Source: Dehalococcoidia bacterium (lineage in GTDB: Bacteria > Chloroflexota > Dehalococcoidia > GIF9 > UBA5629). From it: a stretch of DNA of 37,187 bases. The stretch is taken from NCBI GenBank assembly GCA_007280145.1, contig QYPU01000111.1:1-37187 (forward strand). The letters run 5' to 3'. Below are positions 10,711-20,394 of the stretch, piece by piece; within the stretch, counting starts at the first letter, position 1, and every line of letters starts with the position of its first letter. The notes beneath the pieces were generated by a model. The model was given only the letters and a program-made list of their open reading frames with translations, was not told the origin of the DNA and made no database searches. The position numbers and the translations under genes were made by a program.

Positions 10711-10833
10711 CTTATATTAACCAACTTTTCGAAAGGATGATTTTTAATAAAGGCTGCTCCACCAGATTCAAACAGATAAGTAGTAATATCAATGTTCAAG
10801 CTTCATCTGCGAACGCTACCACCTAACTTGGTT

Positions 10834-11982
10834 TCACTCTACGCCTGACGCTTCATTATATAACCGATTCTTCCATCGTATCCCCTTGCCAATTGCCTGT
10901 CGCAAAGCGGCATAAAGAGCAGTTAGAAAGAGGAATGAGAACCCGATCGGATGCAAGAAAACCGAAACACTAGGCTCCTTGAAGTGATTGTCTACTAGCC
11001 AGCGCATAAATATTATCATAGTCACCTGAAAAACAACAACGGGTTGCCAGCTGGCAGGAGCTGCCACTATAAACAGCCCATTCCAGAGCCAGTAGAACGG
11101 GGCCAGAAAGAAAACGTAGCCGGCTATCATCAGCCCAACTAGCGCTGCAGGGGATAATGCAGCCACTGAATACATCCATTTGACAAATCCCTCCCACATC
11201 GCTCCTAAATTTCGATACATATTACATGAAACCACTGGCGATAAGTCAACCGCCACATGCCGACCGCCATATCGATTTACCTCGACCCCCAGCCAGACAT
11301 CTTCCAGTATCCTAGATTCTACTGCCTTGTGTCCGCCAATCCGCCAATATTCACTTCGAGGAAAAAGGAGGAACTGACCGATAGCCAGCGATGGCCTCGG
11401 TTTTTTGGAGTGCTGGAGCCACCACAACGGCAACCAGCTCATGATAACAAAATATAACACCGGCATTGCTACCTTTTGAGCAAAAGAGGTAGCAAGCTGA
11501 CGTGGGAACCCGGAGAGCAAGGAGGCTTTAAACTCAATAGCCAGAGCAAGCACACTGCGCAGCATATGAGAGGCATGTATGGTATCAGCATCGACAAACA
11601 GCAGCCAGGAGCCTCTGGCATTTTGAGCAAGTTGATAGCAGGCAAAGGGCTTACCCGCCCATCCCTCGGGGAGAAGTTCACCCCTTATCAATCGGACACG
11701 GTTATCCACAGCCGCTATCTGGCTTACAATATCAGTCGTGCTATCTGAAGAGTTATCATCTAGCACTAAAATCTCGAAATTTGAGTAATCCTGTTTCTGT
11801 AGGGACTTTAAGCAGGTTTCTATGTTCTCCTCCTCATCCCTCGCCGGAATGAGCACAGAGATAAAAGGAGCTGGCTCAGGTATTTTACTGCCACCATTCG
11901 GTGTCTTGAGCATCCTCAAATTGAAGATGAGATTAAGCGCAAAAACAACCAGACCAACGGCTATTATTATCTGATATAACAT
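10834..11982 (-). CDS. Family 2 glycosyltransferase with membrane-spanning C-terminal half
   Basis: 382 aa. GT2 blocks are VLIPARDEEENI, VLDDNSSDST and FVDADT. There is an N-terminal TM helix and several C-terminal TM helices. Confidence 0.85.
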   Translation of the reverse strand: MLYQIIIAVGLVVFALNLIFNLRMLKTPNGGSKIPEPAPFISVLIPARDEEENIETCLKSLQKQDYSNFEILVLDDNSSDSTTDIVSQIAAVDNRVRLIRGELLPEGWAGKPFACYQLAQNARGSWLLFVDADTIHASHMLRSVLALAIEFKASLLSGFPRQLATSFAQKVAMPVLYFVIMSWLPLWWLQHSKKPRPSLAIGQFLLFPRSEYWRIGGHKAVESRILEDVWLGVEVNRYGGRHVAVDLSPVVSCNMYRNLGAMWEGFVKWMYSVAALSPAALVGLMIAGYVFFLAPFYWLWNGLFIVAAPASWQPVVVFQVTMIIFMRWLVDNHFKEPSVSVFLHPIGFSFLFLTALYAALRQAIGKGIRWKNRLYNEASGVE

Positions 11983-12006
11983 GCTCTTAATTCCGCTATT
12001 GCCAAA

Positions 12007-12639
12007 TTAGATTGGCCGTTTCCTTGTTCGAAGCCAGCTGATTAGTTTTACCTTAAACCTGGGAGCAGTCTGCAGGTCTTTAAGATGTTTTACTATCAAT
12101 ATTGCAAGCACACACAATGTAAAGAGAGATTCCAACGAGCTACCCGTAGTGCTTACCAGGTAAATCAATGAACCTGCTGAGCCAAACATCACCCTCCAGG
12201 CGTCGATTTCCACAAATAGAAAAGCCAAGAACATAAATACCATAAACGCAATTAGCACTTCGTGCTGGGGCAGCGCAAAGAGGACACCAAGAGTAACTGC
12301 TAACGATTTACCGCCTTTCAATCGAAGTATGGGGGAGAAGGCATGTCCCAATATGGCACTTAATCCAACAGCAATAATTGCTGCATCAGGGAGGCCAAAG
12401 AATGAATATGCCAGGACTACAAAAGGTACACCTTTGGCCGTGTCCAGAATCAAAGCGAGGCAGCCCAACTTGCGACTTCCAGCTCGAAAGACATTGATTG
12501 CCCCAGGGTTACCGTCTCCATAATCTCTTATATCTTTGCCCAGTAACCAGTAGCCAATCCATACCGAAAAGGGACAAGCACCTAGACAAAAAGCAGATAC
12601 GCATAGCAATGCAGAGTAAAGCACTTCCACTGCTTCCAT
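12007..12639 (-). CDS. plsY: PlsY-family glycerol-3-phosphate acyltransferase
   Basis: 210 aa, polytopic. PlsY motifs are GDGNPGAINVFR (cf. GSGNxGATNxxR) and HAFSPILRLKGGKSLAVTLG (cf. H.fP.f..fkGGKGVAT). Confidence 0.8.
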   Translation of the reverse strand: MEAVEVLYSALLCVSAFCLGACPFSVWIGYWLLGKDIRDYGDGNPGAINVFRAGSRKLGCLALILDTAKGVPFVVLAYSFFGLPDAAIIAVGLSAILGHAFSPILRLKGGKSLAVTLGVLFALPQHEVLIAFMVFMFLAFLFVEIDAWRVMFGSAGSLIYLVSTTGSSLESLFTLCVLAILIVKHLKDLQTAPRFKVKLISWLRTRKRPI

Positions 12640-12708
12640 ACCCCTAACTCCAATCGTGTATTATGCCTAGTAACACTAGGTATAGAATAAGTTATAGTTT
12701 TTTTGTTG

Positions 12709-12954
12709 TCAAGCCTGCAATCCATCGTTGTTCCTTACGAGAAAGCCCAAACAATATCCAATAGCAATTGAGCCTAAAACTGTGAGCCCAGCCAATATCA
12801 GCACATATTCCCAGCAGAAGTAGGCAATCATGATAGGCAAGAGTGGTAGCTTGATAGCCCTATTGTAAAGGAATACAGAAAGCGGAGAATTTCCAGCTCC
12901 CCTTTCCTTCAGTTCCCTAAGCAGCGGATACCATGCATAGATAGTATGTGCCAC
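12709..12954 (-). CDS. Small membrane protein, possibly a truncated C-terminal piece of a DUF318/ArsP-type permease
   Basis: 81-aa ORF with a GTG start. The segment LKERGAGNSPLSVFLYNRAIKLPLLPIM resembles the end of predicted-permease proteins, but the expected ~250 upstream residues are absent. Confidence 0.3.
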   Translation of the reverse strand: MAHTIYAWYPLLRELKERGAGNSPLSVFLYNRAIKLPLLPIMIAYFCWEYVLILAGLTVLGSIAIGYCLGFLVRNNDGLQA

Positions 12955-13006
12955 TGTGCTATAATTGTGACATCTGCCTATTGTTTAGATTATAGGAGGT
13001 GCTGGA

Positions 13007-13452
13007 ATGTCAGTTCAACTTGATGACGCAAAACTTGCTGCTCCCTGTGGTCTATACTGTGGTGTCTGTCCCGTGTCTATGGCCAGCAGCAACAATGCCC
13101 TCGCCGAAAAACTAGCCCAGACGATGGGGCTCCCCCCGGAGCGAATCAAATGCCTCGGCTGCAAAACAGAAAGGGGCACATAAAAATCATGGGAGAGCCT
13201 GTGTGTCCCACATACCATTGCTGCATAGAGCAAAGGAGCCTACAATTTTGCTACCAGTGCGAGGATTTCCCTTGCCTCAAACTAGCACCCTGCGCTGATA
13301 AAGCCCAGCTACTGCCTCACAACACCAAGGTCTATAACCTCGTACTATTGCAAAAGTTAGGTTTAGAAAAATGGCTGCAAATGGCTCAGCAGTTACGGAG
13401 CCAGTACTTCAGGGGTAAAAAAGAGCGCGGTGGGGACGAGCTCAAAGTCTAG
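13007..13452 (+). pseudogene. DUF3795-type cysteine-rich protein, split by a -1 frame change near 13160-13190
   Basis: An ATG at 13007, after AGGAGG, gives MSVQLDDAKLAAPCGLYCGVCPV...KCLGCKTERGT and stops at 13181 (TAA). The family's remaining motifs (CPTYHCCIEQRSLQFCYQCEDFPCLKL, LLPHNTKVYNL..LGLEKWL) continue in the -1 frame (listed ORF 13150..13452). Confidence 0.6.
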
Positions 13453-13503
13453 CCTTTTACAGGAAGCACCATCAATATATCCAAATAAGCCCAGAGGCTA
13501 TTC

Positions 13504-15024
13504 CTACAGTTTCAGGGCATTAATAATATCCCGGTTCAGGCCTTTAAACTGAGAAAGCCATTCTAATCTCTCTTGCTTCAAGTCTTGCGACATCTCCACT
13601 ACCTTCTCTTCGGGGTAATAGCTGCTCAAATCAAACCGGGCTAGGTCTACTCCGGGGATTTCAACTGGCACCTCGTAGCCCCAGAAGTCATCCTTCTTCC
13701 ACACAATCTTATCACGAGCTATCATTTCAATTATCTTTACTGAGTCACGCACAGTTACCTTCTGTCCTCTGGTTACTCCACCTACACTTCCTGTATTCAG
13801 TAGAAAACACTGGACATCGGGATTATTCCTTAGGATGCTAAGAAAACTGTTGCCCTCCTCCTCTTCAGACCCCATTATGAAGGGATTAGTACCAACAACC
13901 CTCCGCGGTTTACCGGCTTCAGCCGGGTCACCAGCCGATGTCTCTACCGATTCCCCCAGCATGAAAGCTGCTGCCCCCCACTCCGGAGTAAGACGCACTA
14001 TTGGAGGCAGAATATCATGATGCCGTGTAATAAATATCACAAAGTCGACCTTTTCCAAGTCAATCTCGTTATCAGTGAAGGCAATATCACGTCTTTTGAC
14101 CATAGCTCGGCCATTGGATGTCAGCGTAGTATCAAAGAAATCCACCTTGCCCGTTTCTGGTTCCACCCGAACATTTTCCAGTATAGCCCGAGGGCTTATC
14201 GCCGCCGCATATAAAAGTGGCTGTGCGCTGGGTTCCAACCCTTCAGTCTTCATATAAAATGATTCCTCAGTGCCTATAGCACTACCATCAAATCTCAGTA
14301 TTACCACATCATCTTGACGAATTATTACCCTCTCTGGAGCATGTAACCAGTGGGAATGACAAGACAGTGTTGTCTTTCCAGTACCACTGAGACCAAAAAG
14401 GATAAAGCTTTTGTCAGTCAACTTGCCATCCTTGAATACACGCAGAATCTTACTGGCTGCATGAAGCCCAAGATTGCCCTCTTTCTTGGCCCAGTACATC
14501 ACCTGGCGGAGCATTGCCTTCTTATTCTCCCCCTTGTAATCACTACCCGCGATTAGCGTTATACCCGACTCAGGAAAGACCAAGACTTTCTTCTCTGGCC
14601 ATTCTGGAACCATAATCGCTGTGAAGTCAGGTTCACCTCCTTCTTGAGGGAACAAAGTATTGCCCCACATCAGAGGTAAACGTGGATAATCAGCGGTAAC
14701 ATACGTCCGACAATTTCTCTTACAGTCTGGTGCCTGACACATTACCCTATCGAGCATGACCATTTCTTTATCCCTTAGATATTGCAAAACCTCGCTTACA
14801 AATCTCGCATCTTCAGGGTCAGGCTCCCCAACCACCACCTCAGTAAACTTAGCAATTCTATTTCGCACTTTTGTAGTTACTGCAAGGTTGCCAAACTCGG
14901 TTATCATTCCTCCCTGCTCCAATGCCCACTCTCTAAGCTTGTCTTCCGATGGATTGTCAATTATCCTCTTGGGTCGAAAATCTCGTGCAAGAATATCTCG
15001 CATGCTATCCTCCTGATAAATCAA
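13504..15024 (-). CDS. pckA: Phosphoenolpyruvate carboxykinase (ATP)
   Basis: 506 aa. The kinase-1a P-loop FGLSGTGKTTLS is typical of ATP-PEPCK, and overall length fits. Confidence 0.9.
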   Translation of the reverse strand: MIYQEDSMRDILARDFRPKRIIDNPSEDKLREWALEQGGMITEFGNLAVTTKVRNRIAKFTEVVVGEPDPEDARFVSEVLQYLRDKEMVMLDRVMCQAPDCKRNCRTYVTADYPRLPLMWGNTLFPQEGGEPDFTAIMVPEWPEKKVLVFPESGITLIAGSDYKGENKKAMLRQVMYWAKKEGNLGLHAASKILRVFKDGKLTDKSFILFGLSGTGKTTLSCHSHWLHAPERVIIRQDDVVILRFDGSAIGTEESFYMKTEGLEPSAQPLLYAAAISPRAILENVRVEPETGKVDFFDTTLTSNGRAMVKRRDIAFTDNEIDLEKVDFVIFITRHHDILPPIVRLTPEWGAAAFMLGESVETSAGDPAEAGKPRRVVGTNPFIMGSEEEEGNSFLSILRNNPDVQCFLLNTGSVGGVTRGQKVTVRDSVKIIEMIARDKIVWKKDDFWGYEVPVEIPGVDLARFDLSSYYPEEKVVEMSQDLKQERLEWLSQFKGLNRDIINALKL

Positions 15025-15285
15025 CTTAGATAAAACATTATATCAAATTCGCTTTCCCCTCACCCATCTGCTCTAGCTATCCACCGTCTTAATTTTAGTG
15101 CTTTCTGGCTCCTATTATTAATTTGATTGAGAAATAAAGCATTGTTTTTGCTGCGATACAATTCCTTACAGGCCAAGGGGTCTCACTGGACCATTATCCT
15201 GAACTGCCAGCGAACCAGCTTACTAAAAATCGGAGCTTAGCATGCCACCACGAACTATTAACAGCACATGAATAGCCTAGGACTA

Positions 15286-15348
15286 TGGTATAATTCTATG
15301 CTGCAGACAACAGACTGGTTTGACAAAAAACAAGATTTATCTTAAAGT
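15286..15348 (+). promoter_or_regulatory. Two candidate sigma-70-type promoters upstream of etfB
   Basis: TGGTATAAT (extended -10) lies at 15286-15294. TTGACA (15320-15325), a 17-nt spacer and TAAAGT (15343-15348) follow. Both face etfB in the 380-nt pckA/etfB divergent spacer. Confidence 0.4.
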
Positions 15349-15404
15349 ATTTGCTTAGCCAGGCTCAACGGCCAAAATTCTTTGAAAAGGAGGGAAATGT
15401 GCCC

Positions 15405-16205
15405 ATGAATATGATTGTTTGCTGTAAGCAGGTACTCGATCCTGAAGCACCACCAGCTAGTTTCAAGATTGACCCGGCTAGCAACACGGTTCTCCAACCC
15501 CCAGGTGTACCGCCTGTTGTTAGCCCTTTTGACGAACAAGCTGTGGAGGCAGCACTCCGAATTAAAGACAGTCAAGGTGGCAAAATTACAGTTTTGACCC
15601 TAGGTAATAACCTGCTTCGTGATGTGGTCAAAAAACCGCTATCCATGGGGGCTGATGAACTTGTTTTACTAGAAGACGAAGTTTTTGAAGGTGGCGATAG
15701 CTGGTCTACCGCTTATGCTTTGGCTATGGCAATTAAAAAGATAGGGGAATTTGACCTTATTTTCTGCGGTCGCCAGGCAGCTGACTGGGATGCCGGGCAG
15801 GTAGGCTCGGGCATCGCTGAAATACTCGGGATTCCTAGCATCACTGTGGCTAAAAAGGTAGAGGCCATTGATGGTAAGGTGAGGGTAGAACGAGTTATTG
15901 CTGACGGGTACCAAGTTGTCGAGGTAACACTACCTGCTTTAATTACAGTCACCAACGAACTTGGTGAAGCTCGCTATGCCACCCTTAAAGGGATTATGGC
16001 AGCAGCCAAAAAACAACCAACGATATGGAAACCAGTTGATATCGGGGTTGAACCATCACAGATCGGTGCCGCTGGTCGACGGTCCAAACTTCTGAAGCTT
16101 TTCCAGCCAGTTCGAGAGGGTAAATGCGAAATTATTGAGGCAGATACCCCAGCAGAGGCTGGTGCTAATCTGGCTGTGAAGCTTAGAGACGCAAAATTAA
16201 TCTAA
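15405..16205 (+). CDS. etfB: Electron transfer flavoprotein beta subunit
   Basis: The N-terminus MNMIVCCKQVLDPE matches the EtfB pattern (M.I.VC.KQV.D). The start was chosen at ATG 15405, downstream of AAGGAGGG (15388-15395), instead of the listed 15351. Confidence 0.9.
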   Translation: MNMIVCCKQVLDPEAPPASFKIDPASNTVLQPPGVPPVVSPFDEQAVEAALRIKDSQGGKITVLTLGNNLLRDVVKKPLSMGADELVLLEDEVFEGGDSWSTAYALAMAIKKIGEFDLIFCGRQAADWDAGQVGSGIAEILGIPSITVAKKVEAIDGKVRVERVIADGYQVVEVTLPALITVTNELGEARYATLKGIMAAAKKQPTIWKPVDIGVEPSQIGAAGRRSKLLKLFQPVREGKCEIIEADTPAEAGANLAVKLRDAKLI

Positions 16206-16234
16206 AATTATAAATCAAACCGCAGGAGGTTATC

Positions 16235-17233
16235 ATGGCTGAATTTAAAGGTGTCATGGTCTATGGAGAAACAACAGAGGGGAAACTAACTGCACTTACG
16301 ACGGAGCTTTTGGGATGTGGTCGACGGCTCGCTGACGAATTAAAAGAAGATTTGCTATGCATACTAGTTGGAGAGCAGTTAGGCGAAGCTCCCCAAAGTG
16401 CTATAGTTTACGGAGCCGATAAAGTATACACCGTTGAAGATCCACTACTTAAAGAATATCAAACAGATTCCTATGTTACTGTAATGGAAAAGGCGATCAA
16501 AGATATCTCACCGCAGATTTTACTCCTCGGGCAGACGGCTATAGGGCGCGATTTGGCGCCCAGATTAGCTTTTAGATTGGGCGTTAGCCCATCTATGGAC
16601 TGCCTTGAGCTGAACATTGACCCTGATACAAAGTTGCTTCAGGGAACTCGGCCAGTTTACGGAGGGAACGCTCGAGCCATCTTTGTTTCAGAGTCTCTTC
16701 CCCAAATGGCAACAGTCAGACAGAAAGCAATGTCACCATTAGAGCCTGACGAGTCAAGAAAGGGAGAGATTGCACCTATCAAGGTTGAGCTAGATCCAGC
16801 AAAGATAAAAACAAAGGTAATAGAAACAGTAAAAGAGGAAGTGGAAGGAATAAAGCTTGAAGATGCCGAGGCAGTAGTAGCTGGAGGAAGAGGTATTGGT
16901 GGCCCTGAAGGTTTCAAGGAATTGGAGGAATTAGCCAAAATATTAAAGGGAGCAGTAGGAGCTTCCAGGCCGCCCTGCGACAATAGCTGGGTACCAGACA
17001 CTTTACAGATTGGACTTACCGGTAAAATTGTGACGCCAGAACTTTATATCGCTGTGGCTATTTCTGGGTCAAGCCAGCATTTATCTGGCTGCTCTGGCTC
17101 GAAAAATATAATAGCTATCAACAAGGATGCCGAGGCAAACATATTCAAGGAAGCCCGCTTTGGAGTGGTAGGCGACTGGAAACAAGCCTTGCCGGCTTTT
17201 ACCGCGAAGGTTAAAGAGCTTTTAGCTGGCTAA
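16235..17233 (+). CDS. etfA: Electron transfer flavoprotein alpha subunit
   Basis: 332 aa. The FAD-binding C-terminal block is ELYIAVAISGSSQHLSGCSGSKNIIAINKDAEANIF. A GGAGG RBS precedes it, and it directly follows etfB. Confidence 0.9.
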   Translation: MAEFKGVMVYGETTEGKLTALTTELLGCGRRLADELKEDLLCILVGEQLGEAPQSAIVYGADKVYTVEDPLLKEYQTDSYVTVMEKAIKDISPQILLLGQTAIGRDLAPRLAFRLGVSPSMDCLELNIDPDTKLLQGTRPVYGGNARAIFVSESLPQMATVRQKAMSPLEPDESRKGEIAPIKVELDPAKIKTKVIETVKEEVEGIKLEDAEAVVAGGRGIGGPEGFKELEELAKILKGAVGASRPPCDNSWVPDTLQIGLTGKIVTPELYIAVAISGSSQHLSGCSGSKNIIAINKDAEANIFKEARFGVVGDWKQALPAFTAKVKELLAG

Positions 17234-17255
17234 AAAACCAGACTATCTTTAGCAA

Positions 17256-19310
17256 CTAACCCTGTTGGGCTATAACTTTTTGAGCGCTAGATTCTGGCAC
17301 TTCTTCGTAGTGGCTAAATTCGGTAGTGAAGGTGCCGCGTCCCTGAGTTATTGACCTCAAGTCAATGGCATAACGCAGCACCTCTGCTGCTGGCGCTTGA
17401 GCCTCAATAATATTAACTCCACCTGCTGGCGTCATCCCTAGTACACGCGCCCGTTTAGCGTTAAGGTCACCAATTATATCACCAGTAAAAGCGTCGGGTA
17501 CGGTAATTGTCAGGTTTACAATTGGCTCAAGCAAGACAGGCTTCCCTCCCGATAGCCCCTTCTTCAAAGCCTGTGCCCCGGCAATCTTAAAAGCTATATC
17601 TGAGGAATCTACAGGGTGAAAACTCCCATCATAAAGCGTCACCCTTATGTCAACTGCAGGATATCCGGCTAAAACTCCCTCCAGTTTAGCTTCGTTGACC
17701 CCTTTTCCCACAGCTGGAATATAATTCTTGGGTATGGCTCCACCAACTATTTTATTGGTAAATTCAAACCCGGTACCCCTTGGTAAAGGCTCTAACTTCA
17801 AAAGGACATGACCATACTGGCCATGGCCGCCTGTTTGCTTCTTGTGCTTATATTCCGACTTGACCGGCACAGTAATAGTCTCTTTATAAGGAACCTTAGG
17901 TAGCTCCAGATTAACTTCCACACCGAACTTGTGTGATAATCTCTCAGCAGCAACATCAAGATGTGTCTCCCCCATTCCGCAAAGGAGCATCTCCCCAATA
18001 TCAGCCTCACGTTGCACTTTCAGAGTCAAGTCCTCTTCGCAGACTTTAGATAATGCCGTGCCCATTTTGTCCAGATCAGCTCTCGCCTTGGGATAAACTG
18101 CCTTACTTAATACAGGTTCAGGAAATTCAATGGTGGCAAGCTTCAGCGGATGCTCATGCAAACTAAGAGTGTCTCCCGTAGCAGTTGAGGCTAGTTTAGC
18201 TACAGCGCCAATATCACCAGCATTGAGTTGAGGCGTTGGCTCCTGTGTTTTTCCACGCGGGATGAACAGTTGACCTGCTCGCTCAATAACATCTTTGCTA
18301 GCATTCCACACGTGTGAGTTGCTAGAAATGGCCCCTGAATAAACTCGAAAATAGCTAACCTTGCCCACACGAGGATCATTATTCGTCTTGAAGACCAAGA
18401 CAGACGAAGGTGATTCTGAAGCTGGTTCCACCGCCTCCTCGGCCCCAGTCGAAGTATTAGTAGCTGTCAACACGCCTCTCTCCCTGGGTGAGGGCAGATA
18501 ATCATGAATAGCATCCAGGAGAGGGGTGATAGCAATATTGCTTAAGGCGGAACCAAGTAAAACTGGCACAACTTTCCCCAGTATAGTAGCCTGTCTTAGA
18601 CAGCGGTAAAGCTCCTCCTCACTTATTTCTTTCCCATCTAAATACCTAGCGATAAGTTCGTCATCAACCTCCACTATTGCCTCAACTAATTTCTCACGGT
18701 AGGAATTGACCTCGTTTAGAAGGGACGAAGGTACTTCGGTTTCCTGCAACGGAGTACCACTGTACCCTTTCTTTGTTACTAAATCTACTACTCCGTGGAA
18801 ATCTTTCTGAGAACCTATCGGCAATTGAATAGGTAAGCACCGTACCCCCAGTTTGGTTTGAATATCTTCTAAGGCATTGAAGAAGTTAGCGTTCTCACGA
18901 TCCATCTTATTGACGAAAATAAGGCAAGGCAATTTTTGCTCACTAGCATATCCCCATACCTGCTCAGTACCTACTTCTACACCGGAAGCAGCACAAACTA
19001 TAATAACAGCACCTTCGCTAACACCTAGCCCTGCTTTCACCTCAGCGACGAAATCAGGGTAACCCGGCGTATCAATGAGGTTCAGCTTGTAATCTTTCCA
19101 TTGACATGGCAGCAAAGATAAACTAATACTGATCTTACGTTTAATCTCATCAGGGTCGTAATCTGAAGTAGTCGTCCCATCATCAACCTTGCCTAAGCGG
19201 CTAATTACCCCCGAATTAAAAAGCATCGCCTCAGCTAGTGATGTTTTACCGGCGCCTGGATGAGACAGCGAAACGATGTTACGAATTTTTTCTGATTCAT
19301 AGTTGTGCAC
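17256..19310 (-). CDS. Elongation factor G family translational GTPase (EF-G paralogue type)
   Basis: 684 aa. G1 is HPGAGKTS, G3 is DTPGYPDF, G4 is NKMD. EF-G domains II-V are recognisable (e.g. QTGGHGQYGHV, ...). Confidence 0.9.
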   Translation of the reverse strand: MHNYESEKIRNIVSLSHPGAGKTSLAEAMLFNSGVISRLGKVDDGTTTSDYDPDEIKRKISISLSLLPCQWKDYKLNLIDTPGYPDFVAEVKAGLGVSEGAVIIVCAASGVEVGTEQVWGYASEQKLPCLIFVNKMDRENANFFNALEDIQTKLGVRCLPIQLPIGSQKDFHGVVDLVTKKGYSGTPLQETEVPSSLLNEVNSYREKLVEAIVEVDDELIARYLDGKEISEEELYRCLRQATILGKVVPVLLGSALSNIAITPLLDAIHDYLPSPRERGVLTATNTSTGAEEAVEPASESPSSVLVFKTNNDPRVGKVSYFRVYSGAISSNSHVWNASKDVIERAGQLFIPRGKTQEPTPQLNAGDIGAVAKLASTATGDTLSLHEHPLKLATIEFPEPVLSKAVYPKARADLDKMGTALSKVCEEDLTLKVQREADIGEMLLCGMGETHLDVAAERLSHKFGVEVNLELPKVPYKETITVPVKSEYKHKKQTGGHGQYGHVLLKLEPLPRGTGFEFTNKIVGGAIPKNYIPAVGKGVNEAKLEGVLAGYPAVDIRVTLYDGSFHPVDSSDIAFKIAGAQALKKGLSGGKPVLLEPIVNLTITVPDAFTGDIIGDLNAKRARVLGMTPAGGVNIIEAQAPAAEVLRYAIDLRSITQGRGTFTTEFSHYEEVPESSAQKVIAQQG

Positions 19311-19406
19311 TTATTTCACCTCAATCTTAGCTTTAATCTTTTCACTTATGCGCAGTGGCATTGTAGCAGCGCCTGGTTCTAACCGTCAAGCTGCCGAATT
19401 GACTCA

Positions 19407-19431
19407 TAATAATTGTTACCAAAAGTGGTAT
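19407..19431. repeat. Left copy of island-flanking direct repeat (candidate attL core)
   Basis: TAATAATTGTTACCAAAAGTGGTAT. It contains the small palindrome TACCA-AAAG-TGGTA and matches 37074-37098 with one mismatch. Confidence 0.7.
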
Positions 19432-19496
19432 CTTGAAGTCTATGTGGGGCAGCACTGGATGTATGTTACCATCTGCCAAGCTCAGGGCGTCGGGCA

Positions 19497-19860
19497 CGGA
19501 AATACCTGTCGCTCATAGCAGCAGCGGGCATGTCAACCACCGAAGTTCGTCGGCTTTTGACGTAAAGCGCCAAGCAGAGGAGACCTCCACACCCACCAAG
19601 CCACCGTCGCAGCCAGATTCAACTGCCGCTTATCATCGTAAGGCCAGCGTGACTCCTACGCTGTATCTCATGCCCCATGGCGCCGACCCACCAGCCCGAC
19701 AGGTCAACGGCAACCCTACCTCGCAAGCCGATGCACCTCTTGATATCTGCCAAACACAGGAGGTTGGCGAAAGCCACCTAGCGAGCCGAGGTACTGCCAG
19801 ACATCGCCCAAAGTCTGGCAATGACTTAAGTACCGCCGACCATAGTAAAGTAGCGCCGGC
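19497..19860 (+). pseudogene. Decayed tyrosine-recombinase catalytic-domain remnant (several frame changes and stops)
   Basis: Integrase-like pieces are scattered over three plus-strand frames. KYLSLIAAAGMSTTEVRRLL resembles box I (tGLR.sEl..L). RRSQIQLPL resembles KQRSVPISP. KHRRLAKAT resembles HQLRHYFAT. GNDLSTADHSKV resembles GHAHASTTADIYWHV of the intact neighbour. The match is weak and by eye. Confidence 0.35.
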
Positions 19861-19901
19861 AGCATCACTCCCGTGTGACCTCCACGCTAGGCAGGTGAAG
19901 C

Positions 19902-20315
19902 ATGAACCCTGAAGTATTTGAAGTCTTCAATGGGCTATCCCCATCCCACCAGCGCCTCATACGAGAGTTCATCTCTGCCCTTGCCGAGTCCGAGGGCGTT
20001 ACCATCCCAGACGATCACGAGCCCGTCCCCTCCACATACCAAACTTATATCAACCCCTGGTGCCACCACCTGATCGACACTGGATGCTGCCCCGACACCA
20101 TAAGGCGCTATTCCCTTATCGTCTCCAGTTTCCTCGACGTCTATCCTAACCCCACCTCCTCAGACATTCACGCAGCACTGGCACACCTCTCAGCCCTGGG
20201 CCAAAACCCAGACACTATCGCCACAACACTTAACGCACTCACGAACTTCTTTGCATATCTGGCAAGCCAGCACATCATCCCCTCCAACATCGCCGAACCC
20301 GAGGATGACATATGA
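19902..20315 (+). CDS. Integrase N-terminal (SAM-like/core-binding) domain-only protein, a truncated paralogue of the downstream integrase
   Basis: 137 aa. LSPSHQRLIREFISAL..., INPWCHHL and TIRRYSLIVSSFLDVYPNPTSSDI parallel LTPANHRLVRELVFKL..., VNPWLERL and TIRAYTRQILQLLKRYPSPTQADI of ORF 20395..21366. No catalytic domain follows. Confidence 0.6.
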   Translation: MNPEVFEVFNGLSPSHQRLIREFISALAESEGVTIPDDHEPVPSTYQTYINPWCHHLIDTGCCPDTIRRYSLIVSSFLDVYPNPTSSDIHAALAHLSALGQNPDTIATTLNALTNFFAYLASQHIIPSNIAEPEDDI

Positions 20316-20394
20316 CGAATCGTCTCCCAAAACTACTGGGCATGCGCATTGCTTCCGAGCACTGCTCACTCAGTCCCCCTAACGGGACAAAACC

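Noticed and set aside
19433-19912. 159-aa ORF spanning the GC-rich spacer before the integrase genes
   Set aside because: The translation is P/S/T/A/R-rich and low-complexity, with no RBS. Integrase-like fragments appear in the other two frames of the same stretch. It is better explained as a read-through artefact over a decayed recombinase gene.
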